From positions 6,715 through 70,714 of the forward strand of contig JBMORX010000001.1 in NCBI GenBank assembly GCA_049322615.1: a stretch of 64,000 nucleotides of DNA, read 5' to 3'. The DNA comes from Patescibacteria group bacterium (GTDB taxonomy: Bacteria > Patescibacteriota > Microgenomatia > CAYGWK01). Positions 1 to 9,791 of the stretch are shown here, piece after piece. The position numbers and the translations under genes are program-made. The stretch's first letter is position 1. Each line of letters starts with the position of its first letter. The notes under the pieces are model-generated. The model was not told the origin of the DNA. It made no database searches and saw only the letters and a list, made by a program, of their open reading frames with translations.

Positions 1-243
1 CAACCTCCCGAACTCCTAATCCTTGAATTTTTCTGGCTAATTTTTCAACTGTTGTCGCTGCCGCATAAGGGGTGGACTTTCGAGTTCCCTTAAACCCAGC
101 GCTTCCCGAAGTCTCCCAGGCAATAGTATCTCCCAAAGGGTCAGTGGCGGTAACCAAGGTATTATTAAAGGTTGCCGTTACGTAAATTTTTGCCTGTTCA
201 ATCTTCCCTTTTTGTCTTTTTTTTGCTTTTATTTTTGCCATAT
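1..243 (-). CDS. rpsK: 30S ribosomal protein S11, 5' portion (3' end lies beyond the window start)
   Basis: My own reverse-complement translation from ATG at 243 gives MAKIKAKKRQKGKIEQAKIYVTATFNNTLVTATDPLGDTIAWETSGSAGFKGTRKSTPYAAA, a typical S11 N-terminus; it sits downstream of rpsM as in the alpha operon. Confidence 0.85.
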
Positions 244-248
244 TTTAA

Positions 249-674
249 TTAAACAGCCTTCTTTTCACCTTTAACTTTTTGACCTGGCTCAATCCTGGTA
301 GTCAAAACTTCTTTTTTCATTGCTCCAATAGTGACCCTTTTACCCCTTTTAGTTCGGGCATTAGTCCGAGTTCTTTGTCCCCGAACAGGGAGATTCTTAG
401 CATGTCTTATCCCCCGGTAACTTCCGATTTCTTTCAGTCTTTTTATGTTTTCGGAAACCTCCCTCCGAAGGTCTCCCTCAATTTTGAAGTCTTCCAAGAC
501 TTTGGAAATTTTGGCAATTTCCTCGCTTGAGAGATCTGATGCTTTCTTGGCACCATCAATTTTGGCTTGATTTAAGATTTTAAGCACGTTTTTCCTTCCT
601 ATCCCATAAAGATAGGTTAAGGCAATCCAGGTAGGCTTATTTTCCGGTATATCTACTCCAGCAATTCTCGGCAT
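249..674 (-). CDS. rpsM: 30S ribosomal protein S13
   Basis: ORF translation begins MPRIAGVDIP and ends in a KRGKR-rich tail, the S13 signature. Confidence 0.95.
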   Translation of the reverse strand: MPRIAGVDIPENKPTWIALTYLYGIGRKNVLKILNQAKIDGAKKASDLSSEEIAKISKVLEDFKIEGDLRREVSENIKRLKEIGSYRGIRHAKNLPVRGQRTRTNARTKRGKRVTIGAMKKEVLTTRIEPGQKVKGEKKAV

Positions 675-818
675 GTTCCCTCGCTTTCGCTTCAGTCAAA
701 TGGAAAAATTAAAATGAAAAACTAAAAATGACAATGTTAAATTAAAAATTTTAAAAATTTGATCTTTTTAAATTTTGAGTTGTAATTTTTCATTTTTATA
801 TTTTATTTTTTATTTTTA

Positions 819-932
819 TCATCCTTGTCTTTGTTTGTGTCGGGGGTTTGAACAGGTAACAAAAAGCATGCCCCGACGTTTGACAATTTTACAATTTTTA
901 CAGCGTTTTTTTACTGATGCTTGAACTTTCAT
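819..932 (-). CDS. rpmJ: 50S ribosomal protein L36 (37 aa; absent from the ORF track because it is under 60 aa)
   Basis: My own translation of the minus strand gives [37 protein letters not shown], a canonical zinc-ribbon L36; its position between infA and rpsM is the conserved one. Confidence 0.8.
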   Translation of the reverse strand: MKVQASVKKRCKNCKIVKRRGMLFVTCSNPRHKQRQG

Positions 933-962
933 AAGAATCTTAAGTTACTTAAGTGACTTAAG
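933..962 (-). repeat. CTTAAGTNA 9-bp-periodic repeat filling the infA-rpmJ spacer; mRNA sense cuuaagucacuuaaguaacuuaagauucuu-AUG
   Basis: Directly seen. Related copies at 4440..4472, 4895..4928, 5085..5128 and 12189..12225. Confidence 0.8.
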
Positions 963-1184
963 TTACTTATATCTATAAATAATCCTTCCTTTTGTCTGGT
1001 CATATGGCGTCATTTCCACCTTAACCTTGTCTCCTGGCAAAATCCGAATATAGTTCATTCTCATTTTCCCAGAGAGATGGCAAAGCAAAACTCTGCCATC
1101 AGAAAGCTTCACCCTAAAAAGAGTATTGGGCAAAGCCTCGATTACTTCTCCCTCAACTTCAATTGTTCCTTGATGCACCATCAT
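963..1184 (-). CDS. infA: translation initiation factor IF-1
   Basis: 73 aa with an S1-like fold; [24 protein letters not shown] is the IF-1 signature. Confidence 0.95.
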   Translation of the reverse strand: MMVHQGTIEVEGEVIEALPNTLFRVKLSDGRVLLCHLSGKMRMNYIRILPGDKVKVEMTPYDQTKGRIIYRYK

Positions 1185-1188
1185 GAAA

Positions 1189-1953
1189 TTACTTCGTTAA
1201 CACTAAGGGATCGTTGGCGGTTACGGCGACGGTCTCCTCAAAAAGCCCTGATATTTTACCATCTTTTGTCTTAATTGTCCAGCCATCGGAGGTTAAAACT
1301 ACCTCAGGTAAGCCAAGATTATAGATAACCTCAATTGCTAAAGTCATTCCTTTTTTAAGTTTTGGTGTTTTTTCTACCCTTCCTTCCAAAAAACAGGGAA
1401 TTTGCGGCTCCTCATGAAGAATCCTGCCAATCCCGTGCCCTGTCAAAGCCCGCACTGGAGAAAACCCAGCCTTTTTAATTTCCCCCTCAATGGTTTTGCT
1501 TATCTGTCCTAAATAATTTCCCGCTTTTGCCATTTTAATCGCCTCCTCAAGCGCTTTTCTCCCAGTTTCTAAAAATCTCTCTGTTTCTTCATTTTTAATT
1601 TTTAATTTTTCATTTTTAATTTTTATCGTCTCTGCCATATCCGTATGAAACCCCTTATAATACATTCCCATGTCGACTCCGACAACATCGCCCTCTTTAA
1701 TCTTTCTTTCTCCCGGGATTCCATGAACCACTTCCTCATTGACGGTAATACAGGTTGCCCAAGCATAGCCTGGAACCATTTTAAAGGATGGTTTTCCTCC
1801 AAAAGCTAAAATTTTTTCTTCGGCTTGCTTGTCAAGCTGCAAAGTCGTTATTCCAGGCTTCAAATTTTTTAGAACATGCTCTAAAACCTGTCTTAACCTT
1901 TTTCCGCCTTCTACCATAATCTCAATTTCTTTTTTGCTCTTGAGTGGTATCAC
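1189..1953 (-). CDS. map: methionine aminopeptidase type I
   Basis: 254 aa with the MetAP fold motifs (HGIPG, GHGIGR); conserved position next to adk. It carries an in-frame [12 protein letters not shown] repeat insert. Confidence 0.9.
   Translation of the reverse strand: MIPLKSKKEIEIMVEGGKRLRQVLEHVLKNLKPGITTLQLDKQAEEKILAFGGKPSFKMVPGYAWATCITVNEEVVHGIPGERKIKEGDVVGVDMGMYYKGFHTDMAETIKIKNEKLKIKNEETERFLETGRKALEEAIKMAKAGNYLGQISKTIEGEIKKAGFSPVRALTGHGIGRILHEEPQIPCFLEGRVEKTPKLKKGMTLAIEVIYNLGLPEVVLTSDGWTIKTKDGKISGLFEETVAVTANDPLVLTK
1589..1627 (-). repeat. AT-rich in-frame repeat (coding sense AAAAATTAAAAATGAAAAATTAAAAAT, giving [12 protein letters not shown]) inside map
   Basis: ttcatttttaatttttaatttttcatttttaatttttat. 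Confidence 0.6.
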
Positions 1954-2597
1954 TTTAATTTCCCTAAAATATCCTTTAAAACATCCTTAACTGTCTGTTC
2001 GCCGTTAATCTCGACCACCTTGCCCTTTTTTCTATAATAATTAATCATTGGGGATGTTTGGGAGTGATACTCTTTTAGTCTTTTAACAATAGCTTGCGGT
2101 GTCTCATCTTCCCTGATAACTAACTTAACATCGCACTCATCACAAAGTTCATCATTTTTGGGTGGCATAGTTAGCATATTGTAATTCCGTCCACACTTTG
2201 GACAAATTCTTCGAGCTTGCAACCTCCTTATTGATTCCTTTTTGGAAATGTTTAGATAAATTAACTTATCTATCTGATTATTTTTCTTGGCAAGGATCTT
2301 GTCTAGCCATTTAATCTGCGGCAACGTTCGCGGAGAGCCATCAAGGATGAATCCCTTCTTTAGAACCTCTCTGGTTAAAATCTGTCTTAATAGTCTGACA
2401 ACTTCTCTATCAGGTACCAATACACCTCTGTTAATCCAGGCCTTAACCTCTCTTCCAAAAGCCGTGTTTTTTTCCGCAATCTGCCGAAACATCTCCCCAG
2501 TCTCCAGATGAACTAATCCCATTTTTTCTGCTAAAAGCCGAGCCTGCGTTCCTTTCCCTGAACCCTGGGGCCCGGTAATAATGAGATTCATCCTCAA
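1950..2597 (-). CDS. adk: adenylate kinase with zinc-binding lid
   Basis: [11 protein letters not shown]-loop; lid CPKCGRNYN...CDECD. Confidence 0.9.
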   Translation of the reverse strand: MRMNLIITGPQGSGKGTQARLLAEKMGLVHLETGEMFRQIAEKNTAFGREVKAWINRGVLVPDREVVRLLRQILTREVLKKGFILDGSPRTLPQIKWLDKILAKKNNQIDKLIYLNISKKESIRRLQARRICPKCGRNYNMLTMPPKNDELCDECDVKLVIREDETPQAIVKRLKEYHSQTSPMINYYRKKGKVVEINGEQTVKDVLKDILGKLK

Positions 2598-3886
2598 TAT
2601 CCCTCCAAAAATTTTTCGTAACCTCGCATTTGAATCATATTTTCAATAACCTTAACCGTCTCCAAGACCACGGAAACAACAATTAGAATTCCCGTCCCCC
2701 CGATGGTTAAGGTGGCAATTCCGGTCATTCCCTGGGCAATTGAGGGAAGAATCGCCACCAACCCTAAAAAAATTGCTCCGGCTAAGGTAATCCTTGTCAA
2801 AATCCAATTTAAAAGGTCTGCGGTTGGCGGTCCAGGACGAATGCCGGGAATAAAACCTCCATATTTTTTGATTTCATCAGCAATTTTTGTCGGGTTGAAG
2901 ATAACCGCAGTATAAAAATAAGTAAAACCAACCACCAGGAAAAAGTAAGTTAGATTATAAACCACGCCTCCTGGATTAAAGAAAGTAGCAAAACTGCGAG
3001 CAATTCCCGAAAGAAAGGGATTTGGAACCTGTTCTAAAAACCGACCAAGCATCGAAGGAAGAAGGACCAAGGAAATAGCAAAAATAATCGGAATTACTCC
3101 TGCCTGATTAACTCTTAAAGGCAAATAAGTGCTAGTTCCGCCATACATTCTTCCTCCCCTTATTCTTTTAGCATATTCGATCCGAATTTGGCGCGAGGCT
3201 TCATTAACCACCGTAATCGCCCCAATAACCAAAACTGCCATAACAGAAAAAACAACGATATTGAAAAAGTTCTGGGCTTCAAAAGTGGCTAAAGTCTGCC
3301 CAAGAGCAATTGGGAAGCGCCCGACAATTCCGGCAAAAATAAGAAGGGAGATTCCGTTCCCAATTCCATTTTCGGAAATCAGCTCCCCAAGCCACATCAA
3401 AAAAATTGTCCCACAAGTCATCGTTGTCACCAAAGATATTAGGGCAACAGGAGAAAGGTTCCCCATTATCCCTTGATTTTTCAAAAGGGCGTACATCCCA
3501 AAAGCCTGAAGAGCCGAGAGAGGAACAGTTAAAAATCTAGTATATTGATTAATTTTTTCCCGACCATATTCTCCCTCTTTTGAAAGTTCTTCCAAATAGG
3601 GAAAAACCATGGTTAAAAGTTGAAAAATAATTGAGGCATTAATATAGGGGTTAAGCCCTAAAGCCATGATGGAAAAGTTAGCCAGAGTTCCGCCTGAGAA
3701 AATATCCAAAAGTCCTAAGAATTGACTCCTTTCAAATAAAGCCCGCAAAGAGGGAAGGTCAACCCCCGGAACCGGAATATGGGCTGCCAGTCTAAAAATT
3801 ATAAAAATAAAGGCAGTAAAAACGATCTTTCTTCGCAAATCAGGAATTTGAAAAGCGCTTGCTAGAACTTCAATAATCCTATTCAT
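2594..3886 (-). CDS. secY: preprotein translocase subunit SecY (probable start at the internal Met MNRIIEV at 3886; the track start at 3964 would overlap rplO)
   Basis: 10-TM SecY with the N-terminus [23 protein letters not shown]; conserved position after rplO. Confidence 0.9.
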   Translation of the reverse strand: MNRIIEVLASAFQIPDLRRKIVFTAFIFIIFRLAAHIPVPGVDLPSLRALFERSQFLGLLDIFSGGTLANFSIMALGLNPYINASIIFQLLTMVFPYLEELSKEGEYGREKINQYTRFLTVPLSALQAFGMYALLKNQGIMGNLSPVALISLVTTMTCGTIFLMWLGELISENGIGNGISLLIFAGIVGRFPIALGQTLATFEAQNFFNIVVFSVMAVLVIGAITVVNEASRQIRIEYAKRIRGGRMYGGTSTYLPLRVNQAGVIPIIFAISLVLLPSMLGRFLEQVPNPFLSGIARSFATFFNPGGVVYNLTYFFLVVGFTYFYTAVIFNPTKIADEIKKYGGFIPGIRPGPPTADLLNWILTRITLAGAIFLGLVAILPSIAQGMTGIATLTIGGTGILIVVSVVLETVKVIENMIQMRGYEKFLEGY

Positions 3887-3890
3887 GGCA

Positions 3891-4439
3891 TCACTGAGAC
3901 GCGGAACCCCGCTTAGCGGGGCGCAGAGACGCGGAAATTTTCTGCGTTTCCGCCTGCCCGCCAAGGCTTACGCCATCAGGCGTTGGCAGGCGGGCGGTTA
4001 CAATTTTTCCTCCCGCTTTTTCGATCTTTGCCTTAGCTCCCTTAGAACACGGCAGTTTGACAATTAAGGGAATTTTAACCTCGCCTTCACCTAAAATTTT
4101 AACATTTTTGGATTTGCTATCCTCAATTCTTAATATTCCCTTATCTTCCAGAGTTTTTAAAGTAACCTCTTCTTTGGGAGAAAAAAGATTCAGATACTTT
4201 AAATTGACGATAATTGGTTTTTGGGAACTTGGTTTGAATTTGCCTTTCCCCCTTATTAAAGGCAGTCTTTTAAGAAGAGACTTCTTTATTTTTGTTCCCT
4301 CAAAAAGAAAAGCTATTTTTCCCCTCGCTTTCTGACCTTTGGCGCCCCGACCAACAGTATGACCTCCCTTGCCTGAACCGATTCCCCGACCAATTCTTTT
4401 TTTAGATCTAGTTGTTATTTTAGGTAGTTTGCTTAACAT
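3891..4439 (-). CDS. rplO: 50S ribosomal protein L15 with a roughly 35-aa C-terminal extension encoded by a GC-rich repeat element
   Basis: [25 protein letters not shown]15 motif; 182 aa against a typical ~145; the extension covers 3896..3997. Confidence 0.9.
   Translation of the reverse strand: MLSKLPKITTRSKKRIGRGIGSGKGGHTVGRGAKGQKARGKIAFLFEGTKIKKSLLKRLPLIRGKGKFKPSSQKPIIVNLKYLNLFSPKEEVTLKTLEDKGILRIEDSKSKNVKILGEGEVKIPLIVKLPCSKGAKAKIEKAGGKIVTARLPTPDGVSLGGQAETQKISASLRPAKRGSASQ
3896..3997. repeat. GC-rich palindromic element, copy 1 (core 3896..3953 plus an extra inverted repeat to 3997), translated as the L15 C-terminal tail
   Basis: gagacgcggaaccccgcttagcggggcgcagagacgcggaaattttctgcgtttccgc; about 65% GC in a roughly 38% GC context. 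Confidence 0.8.
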
Positions 4440-4472
4440 ATAAGTTACTTAAGTCACTTAGGTAACTTAAGT
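4440..4472 (-). repeat. CTTAAGTNA repeat spanning the rpsE 3' end (it encodes KLKLPK) and the spacer before the rplO AUG
   Basis: ataagttacttaagtcacttaggtaacttaag. Confidence 0.8.
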
Positions 4473-4894
4473 TTTTTTAATGCCTCAAAAGTGGCATAAA
4501 CATTCGAGGCTTGATTCCGAGTTCCTAAGATTTTTGAAACAATGTCTCTAATTCCTGCCGCTTCAACCACTGCCCTGACTGCTCCTCCGGCAATAACTCC
4601 TGAACCTTCAGGCGCTGGCTTAAGCAAAACTTTCGCTGCTCCAAGTTTAACATAAACTTGATGAGGAATAGTTGTCTCTCTGGTAGGCACAGAAATTAGA
4701 TGCTTTTTAGCGTAAGTTGCTCCTTTTAAGACGGCTGCGGAAACATCAGGAGCTCGGCCTAAACCTACTCCAACTCGACCTTTTTTATCTCCAACAACCA
4801 CTAAAACAGAAAAGGAAATTCTGTTTCCGCCTTTGGTTTTTTTGGAAACCCGATTTACCTGAACTACTTTTTCCTCAAATTCTTCGTTTTCCAT
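4454..4894 (-). CDS. rpsE: 30S ribosomal protein S5
   Basis: S5 dsRBD and C-terminal domain ([17 protein letters not shown]). It is followed directly by rplO with no L30 gene. Confidence 0.95.
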   Translation of the reverse strand: MENEEFEEKVVQVNRVSKKTKGGNRISFSVLVVVGDKKGRVGVGLGRAPDVSAAVLKGATYAKKHLISVPTRETTIPHQVYVKLGAAKVLLKPAPEGSGVIAGGAVRAVVEAAGIRDIVSKILGTRNQASNVYATFEALKKLKLPK

Positions 4895-4928
4895 AAGTTA
4901 CTTAGGTTACCTAAGTCACTTAATTGAC
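4895..4928 (-). repeat. CTTAAGTNA repeat in the rplR-rpsE spacer, immediately before the rpsE AUG
   Basis: aagttacttaggttacctaagtcacttaattgac. Confidence 0.8.
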
Positions 4929-5222
4929 TTAGAACTCTAACCCTCCTTCCCTGGCTCCTTCGGCTAGGGCTTTTACTCGACCATGATATTTAAATCTTCC
5001 TCGGTCAAAATAGACTTTTTTTATACCTTTTTTCAAGGCTTCCTCGGCTAACAGTTTTCCAACCTGACGACTTCTCTCGATTTTACTTAAGTTACCTAAG
5101 TCACTTAAGTTACTTAAGTCGTTTACCGCCACTAAAGTCTGACCCTCCTCATCGTCAATAATTTGCCCATAAATATATTTATTTGAGCGAAAAACCGAAA
5201 GTCTCAGACGGGTTCTTTTCAT
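4929..5222 (-). CDS. rplR: 50S ribosomal protein L18 (contains an in-frame 9-bp-periodic repeat insert [11 protein letters not shown])
   Basis: L18 fold motifs ([17 protein letters not shown] ... [24 protein letters not shown]). Confidence 0.9.
   Translation of the reverse strand: MKRTRLRLSVFRSNKYIYGQIIDDEEGQTLVAVNDLSNLSDLGNLSKIERSRQVGKLLAEEALKKGIKKVYFDRGRFKYHGRVKALAEGAREGGLEF
5085..5128 (-). repeat. CTTAAGTNA repeat inserted in frame inside rplR (encodes [12 protein letters not shown])
   Basis: ttacttaagttacctaagtcacttaagttacttaagtcg, with a 9-bp period that preserves the reading frame. Confidence 0.8.
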
Positions 5223-5800
5223 TTCGTTCCTCCTTTTGCCATACCGGCTGGCGCACCCGCTATTCCAACCTTAACTTGCTTTCCGGGCTTTAATTTAATT
5301 TGCTCTTGCTCAAAGCGGATTCCCTTTCCTTTATAAGCATCTGGGGGCTTAATGGCTCTGATCCGAGCAGCCACTTGCCCCACTAACATCTTATCAGCCC
5401 CCGAAACCGTGATTTTATTTTGGGAAACGGTAAAAGAAATTCCCGGTGGGGGAACAACCTGGATTTGATGGGAAAATCCAAGCGAAAGTGAAAGTTTTCC
5501 CTCAAGCAGGGCTACCCGATAACCTGTTCCTATAATCTCTAGAGTTTTTGACCAACCATCTTTCACCCCTTTTATCATGTTAAAAACAAGATTGCGGATT
5601 GTTCCCTGGTAAGCTTTGGTTTTCTCGGAGGTAGTTTTTTGCGAGAATTGAATTTCCCTCGGGCTGACCTTAACTTTTATTTCCGGAGGCAAGGTTAGGG
5701 AAAGTGAACCTTTTGCTCCAGCCACTTGAATTTTCCCGTCTTTTACTTCTACGGTTACTCCATCTGGTATTTCAACTGGTTTTTTTCCTATCTTAGACAT
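5219..5800 (-). CDS. rplF: 50S ribosomal protein L6
   Basis: Two L6 domains; canonical spc order. Confidence 0.95.
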   Translation of the reverse strand: MSKIGKKPVEIPDGVTVEVKDGKIQVAGAKGSLSLTLPPEIKVKVSPREIQFSQKTTSEKTKAYQGTIRNLVFNMIKGVKDGWSKTLEIIGTGYRVALLEGKLSLSLGFSHQIQVVPPPGISFTVSQNKITVSGADKMLVGQVAARIRAIKPPDAYKGKGIRFEQEQIKLKPGKQVKVGIAGAPAGMAKGGTK

Positions 5801-5810
5801 TTGCTCCTTT

Positions 5811-6206
5811 CTACCATATTTCGCAAATCATCTCTCCGCCTAAATTTTTCTTCCTTGCTTCTTCTCCAGTCATAAGTCCTCCGGGGGTAGAGATGATATT
5901 TATTCCTGTTCCTCCCAAAACTTTTTTTATCTCTTTGGCTTTTAGATAAACTCTTACTCCTGGTTTGGAGATGATTTTAACCCCGCTTATCGCTGGTTTT
6001 TTACCTTGGTAAGTTAAGCCAATCTCAAGGACTTTGTTTTTTTGTTTTTTTGACTCTAAAACCTGAAACTTGGCGAGAAATCCTTCATCTACTAAAACCT
6101 TCGCCAACCTTTTACCAAAACCAAAATAAGGAAAAGTGACATCCTTTTTCCTTGCCAAATAAGCATTCTTAATTCTAACTAACATATCTGTAACTCTATC
6201 AGTCAT
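5811..6206 (-). CDS. rpsH: 30S ribosomal protein S8
   Basis: MTDRVTDMLVRIKNA S8 N-terminus. Confidence 0.95.
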   Translation of the reverse strand: MTDRVTDMLVRIKNAYLARKKDVTFPYFGFGKRLAKVLVDEGFLAKFQVLESKKQKNKVLEIGLTYQGKKPAISGVKIISKPGVRVYLKAKEIKKVLGGTGINIISTPGGLMTGEEARKKNLGGEMICEIW

Positions 6207-6216
6207 AAAGATATAA

Positions 6217-6405
6217 TTACCAAGAAGCTTTTTTTACTCCTGGTAATTCTCCTTTCTGGGCAAGTCCGCGAAAACAAAGTCGACAAAGCCCAAAAAGCCG
6301 CATAAAACCTCTTGGTCTGCCACAAACCGCACAGCGATTCCGAAAACGGACTTCATATTTTAGTCTCTTTTGGGTTTGCTTAACAACTTTTGATTTTTTC
6401 GCCAT
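6217..6405 (-). CDS. rpsZ: 30S ribosomal protein S14, zinc-binding type Z
   Basis: 62 aa with CxxC...CxxC (CAVCGRP...CRLCFR). Confidence 0.9.
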   Translation of the reverse strand: MAKKSKVVKQTQKRLKYEVRFRNRCAVCGRPRGFMRLFGLCRLCFRGLAQKGELPGVKKASW

Positions 6406-6876
6406 TTATTTCTCCTTTTTAAAGGGTGCACCTTGCGCCTCGAGTAATTTTTTTGCTTCCTCATCGGTTTTACTCGAGGAGACAATTGTTATCTCAAGTC
6501 CCATCGCTTTTTCGCCTTTTGAAAACTCTGCTTCTGGAAAAACAGTTTGCTCCCTTATTCCAATCGTATAATTGCCATGCCCATCAAAACTTTTTGAGGA
6601 TAATCCACGAAAATCGCGGACTCTTGGCAAAACTAAAGAAAAAAGCTTTTTTAAAAAATCAAACATTTTCTTTCCTCGAAGAGTTACCGCCAAGCCAATG
6701 GGTGCCCCTTTCGAAATCTTAAAACCGGCGATTGATTTTTTCGCCCGACAAATTTTGGGTCTTTGCCCGGTTATCTTTGCCAATATTTCTCCTTGTTTAG
6801 CCAAGAGATTCTCATCGCTTGCTCCCTCTTTTATTCCCACATTGACTACCACCTTTAAAAGTTTTTGTTCTGACAT
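6406..6876 (-). CDS. rplE: 50S ribosomal protein L5
   Basis: L5 signature and spc order. Confidence 0.95.
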   Translation of the reverse strand: MSEQKLLKVVVNVGIKEGASDENLLAKQGEILAKITGQRPKICRAKKSIAGFKISKGAPIGLAVTLRGKKMFDFLKKLFSLVLPRVRDFRGLSSKSFDGHGNYTIGIREQTVFPEAEFSKGEKAMGLEITIVSSSKTDEEAKKLLEAQGAPFKKEK

Positions 6877-6877
6877 T

Positions 6878-7219
6878 TTAAATCACCTCTTTGCATTTTC
6901 GACAAATCCTTAATTTGGAGAGGGCTCCGTCCCCTCCAACTCCCCCAATTATTTTAAAACCTATTCTCGTTGGTTCTCCACACTTTGGACAGATGAAAGC
7001 AACGCTTGAATAAGGCAGGGGGGAAACAATATCAATAATTCCTCCTGAACTTCTGCCTTCCTTTCCCTGGCGGCGTGAGTGTTTTTTGTAGATATTGCAA
7101 CCTGAAACTAAAACTTTTTCTTTCTTTGGAAAAACCTTCTCCACCATTCCCTCTCTGCCTTTGTCTTTTCCTGCTATTATTTTTACCTTATCACCTTTTT
7201 TAAGCTTTGTTTTTCTCAT
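6878..7219 (-). CDS. rplX: 50S ribosomal protein L24 with C-terminal zinc-ribbon extension (CPKCGEP...CRKC)
   Basis: N-terminal KOW motif (KKGDKVKIIAGKDKGREG) followed by a Cys4 extension. Confidence 0.9.
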   Translation of the reverse strand: MRKTKLKKGDKVKIIAGKDKGREGMVEKVFPKKEKVLVSGCNIYKKHSRRQGKEGRSSGGIIDIVSPLPYSSVAFICPKCGEPTRIGFKIIGGVGGDGALSKLRICRKCKEVI

Positions 7220-7572
7220 ACTAGTTCCTCTGCCAGTGAGGCAATTTTGTTAAAACCTTTTTCCTTTACCTCGCGCGCTATTGGTCCAAAAATTCTCGTC
7301 CCTAAGGGATTTCCTTCTTTATCAATTAAAACTCCAGCGTTGTCATCAAAGCGGATGTAAGAACCATCAGGTCTTTTTATTTCTTTTTTTGTTCTGACAA
7401 GCAAAGCCTTAACAATCTGGGAGTCTTTGACCGCTCCGTTTGAGTCTGCTTGATCAACCACACAGACAACTACCTCTCCAATTTTAGCAAAACGGCTTTT
7501 AGTGTGAATTACCTTTAACTTTTTGGCGCCGGTATTATCAGCCGGAACAAGCACGGATCTCAATTGAATCAC
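7216..7572 (-). CDS. rplN: 50S ribosomal protein L14
   Basis: MIQLRSVLVPADNTGAKK, the L14 N-terminus. Confidence 0.95.
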   Translation of the reverse strand: MIQLRSVLVPADNTGAKKLKVIHTKSRFAKIGEVVVCVVDQADSNGAVKDSQIVKALLVRTKKEIKRPDGSYIRFDDNAGVLIDKEGNPLGTRIFGPIAREVKEKGFNKIASLAEELV

Positions 7573-7799
7573 TTTTTAACCACCTCCACTATTTTCCATT
7601 TTTTTGTCTTTGAAATTGGCCGTGTCTGAACAAATTTGACTAAGTCTTTCTCTTTAACGCCAAGTTCGTCATGAACATGATATTTTTTCCTCACCTTTAT
7701 TCTTTTTTTATAAAGAGAGTGGATTTTCTGACGGACGACTCTGACCACGGCTGTTTTTGGCGTTTTTGTCGAAACAACTTCTCCTTTAAATTCTTTCAT
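7569..7799 (-). CDS. rpsQ: 30S ribosomal protein S17
   Basis: OB-fold S17 (GEVVSTKTPKTAVVRV). Confidence 0.9.
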   Translation of the reverse strand: MKEFKGEVVSTKTPKTAVVRVVRQKIHSLYKKRIKVRKKYHVHDELGVKEKDLVKFVQTRPISKTKKWKIVEVVKK

Positions 7800-8005
7800 T
7801 TTTCCTCCAATGCTTTCTTTTCGCTAATTTTGGTTAATATTTGGGCTATTTCGTCCCTTTTTCTTGAAACCGCCCGAACATTTTTGGTCTTCGCCGTTTT
7901 CAAATCCATCTTCAGCTTCACTAAAGAAATTTGCGTCTCCTCCAAAAGTTTTTTAAGCTCTTCTTGGGTTTTGCCTGAGAGTTCTTTTATGTCTTTTCTT
8001 TTCAT
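7796..8005 (-). CDS. rpmC: 50S ribosomal protein L29
   Basis: 69-aa helical protein in the conserved position between L16 and S17. Confidence 0.85.
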   Translation of the reverse strand: MKRKDIKELSGKTQEELKKLLEETQISLVKLKMDLKTAKTKNVRAVSRKRDEIAQILTKISEKKALEEK

Positions 8006-8412
8006 ACGTTTTTAGCAACAAAACGAGTTTTAAAAGGAATCCTATATCCTGCTCGGCGCAAAGCCTCTCGGGCTGCCTCAAGAGGAATTCCGGAAACTTC
8101 AAAAATTATCTTACCCGGAGTTACCGGAACTACAAACCCAACCACGTCCCCCTTACCCGAACCCATTCTTGTTCCGGCTGCCTTTTGGGTTACAGGCTTA
8201 TCGGGAAAGACCCGGACCCAAATTTTGCCTTCCTTGCGCGTAAAAAAGGAAATAGCCCGCCGGGCTGCTTCAAGTTGTTTTTCGCTTAACCTTCCCCTGG
8301 TAACTGCTTTAAGACCAAAGTCGCCGAAAACAATGTTTGCGCCTTTTTCAGAAATTACCCTGGCTCCCCTTCTGAACTGTTTCTTAAATTTTTGTTTTTT
8401 TGGTTGCAACAT
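8002..8412 (-). CDS. rplP: 50S ribosomal protein L16
   Basis: MLQPKKQKFKKQFRG ... L16 signature. Confidence 0.95.
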   Translation of the reverse strand: MLQPKKQKFKKQFRRGARVISEKGANIVFGDFGLKAVTRGRLSEKQLEAARRAISFFTRKEGKIWVRVFPDKPVTQKAAGTRMGSGKGDVVGFVVPVTPGKIIFEVSGIPLEAAREALRRAGYRIPFKTRFVAKNV

Positions 8413-8443
8413 TTACTCTCCTTTATAAGCTTGCTTTCAAGTT

Positions 8444-9073
8444 TTACTTATATATCCAAACCTTGACTCCGACAAAACCTGATTTGGTCAAGGCTGCCAC
8501 TTTAGCAAAATCAATATTCGCCCTAATAGTACTTAAAGGCAGTTTTCCAGCCGCAAATCTCTCCCGGCGGGAGATTTCTGCTCCGGCAATTCGACCAGAA
8601 AGAACGACCTTGACGCCCTTGCCCCCAGCCGTCATCACCCTTTCCATGGCTCGCTTAACTACTCTCCGATGGGGAAGACGACGTTCAAGTTCACTTGAGA
8701 TTCTTGAAGCCACGAGCATTGCCGAAAGCTCAGGGTCGGAAACCTCAACTACCTCGATTTGAACATTCTTCTCCGGTTCAAGCAGAGAGACTAGAGGCAT
8801 TAACATTTTTTTAAGTTCCTCAAGTCCCGAGCCTCCCCGACCAATGACCACCCCGGGTCTGGTAACATGAATAGTGATTTTCATTTTGTGTATCAAGCGG
8901 TCAATCTCCACCCCCACAATTCCCGCCAACTTTAATTTTTCAAACAAAAACTTGCGAATTCTTAAATCCTCAACGAGATTTTTTTGGTAAGCCTTTTTTC
9001 CGGCAAACCAATGTGATTGCCAAGTTTTCCCTTGGCCCATTCTAAAACTTATTGGATTAACTTTTTGTCCCAT
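8444..9073 (-). CDS. rpsC: 30S ribosomal protein S3
   Basis: MGQKVNPISFR, plus KH and S3-C domains. Confidence 0.95.
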   Translation of the reverse strand: MGQKVNPISFRMGQGKTWQSHWFAGKKAYQKNLVEDLRIRKFLFEKLKLAGIVGVEIDRLIHKMKITIHVTRPGVVIGRGGSGLEELKKMLMPLVSLLEPEKNVQIEVVEVSDPELSAMLVASRISSELERRLPHRRVVKRAMERVMTAGGKGVKVVLSGRIAGAEISRRERFAAGKLPLSTIRANIDFAKVAALTKSGFVGVKVWIYK

Positions 9074-9083
9074 ATTCGCTGAT

Positions 9084-9503
9084 TTACGCAGATTTTTTAA
9101 CTGATCTACGCTGATTGCCTCCTTTTTCGTTAGCCCCTGATACTTTTGATGTCTCTAACATCTTCTTTTTTTCAGCTTCCGCCTCAAGGATCACTTTTAT
9201 ATGACTTGTTCTTTTTTTAATTGGATGAGCCTGACCTCGGGAAACTGGCTGAAAACGTTTATATATCGGTCCTTCGCTTACTTCTATTTTTTTTATCTTC
9301 AAATCCTCATTTTTTAAAGAAAAATTATTTTGGGCGTTGGCAATTGCCTGTTTTAAGGTTTTGCTTAACCATTCTCCTCTTTTGCCTGCTTGAGAAAGCA
9401 AGACAAGTGCCTGTTTTGAGTTCATTCCCCGAATACTGTCGGCGACCAAACGCAGTTTTCGCGGGCTAATCCTTGTATATCTTGACTTGGCAACAATTTC
9501 CAT
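9084..9503 (-). CDS. rplV: 50S ribosomal protein L22
   Basis: L22 fold (AKSRYTRISPRKLRLVADSIRG). Confidence 0.9.
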   Translation of the reverse strand: MEIVAKSRYTRISPRKLRLVADSIRGMNSKQALVLLSQAGKRGEWLSKTLKQAIANAQNNFSLKNEDLKIKKIEVSEGPIYKRFQPVSRGQAHPIKKRTSHIKVILEAEAEKKKMLETSKVSGANEKGGNQRRSVKKSA

Positions 9504-9788
9504 TTAGGTTTTCTCCAAAATTCTTTTGACTACTTGTCCGTGACCTCGGAAAATTCGAGTTTGAGCAAATTCACCAAGCCTATGCCCAACCATTGCCTCA
9601 GTCACAAAAATTTCTTTAAAATCCTTTCCGGTATGAACTTGAAATTTGTGACCAACAAACTCTGGCGGAATCTGGCAGCTTCTTGCCCAAGTTTTAATTG
9701 GCTCATGAGAATCTTTGGCTTTTTGAGCCTGAACTTTTTTGAGCAATTTTTGATCAATATATGGACCTTTTTTAGAACTTCGTGCCAT
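9504..9788 (-). CDS. rpsS: 30S ribosomal protein S19
   Basis: MARSSKKGPYID ... GHKFQVHTGK. Confidence 0.95.
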   Translation of the reverse strand: MARSSKKGPYIDQKLLKKVQAQKAKDSHEPIKTWARSCQIPPEFVGHKFQVHTGKDFKEIFVTEAMVGHRLGEFAQTRIFRGHGQVVKRILEKT

Positions 9789-9791
9789 AAT

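Noticed and set aside
279-530. 83-aa plus-strand ORF inside rpsM
   Set aside because: Antisense shadow ORF of the S13 gene.
3887-3964. Long SecY N-terminal extension ([26 protein letters not shown]) as called in the ORF track
   Set aside because: This segment is the reverse-strand read of the same GC-rich palindromic element that forms the L15 tail. The conserved SecY N-terminus begins at MNRIIEV (ATG at 3886), which also avoids a 74-nt overlap with rplO.
3885-4067. 60-aa plus-strand ORF across the rplO/secY junction
   Set aside because: It reads through the GC-rich palindromic element on the wrong strand; palindromes generate open frames on both strands.
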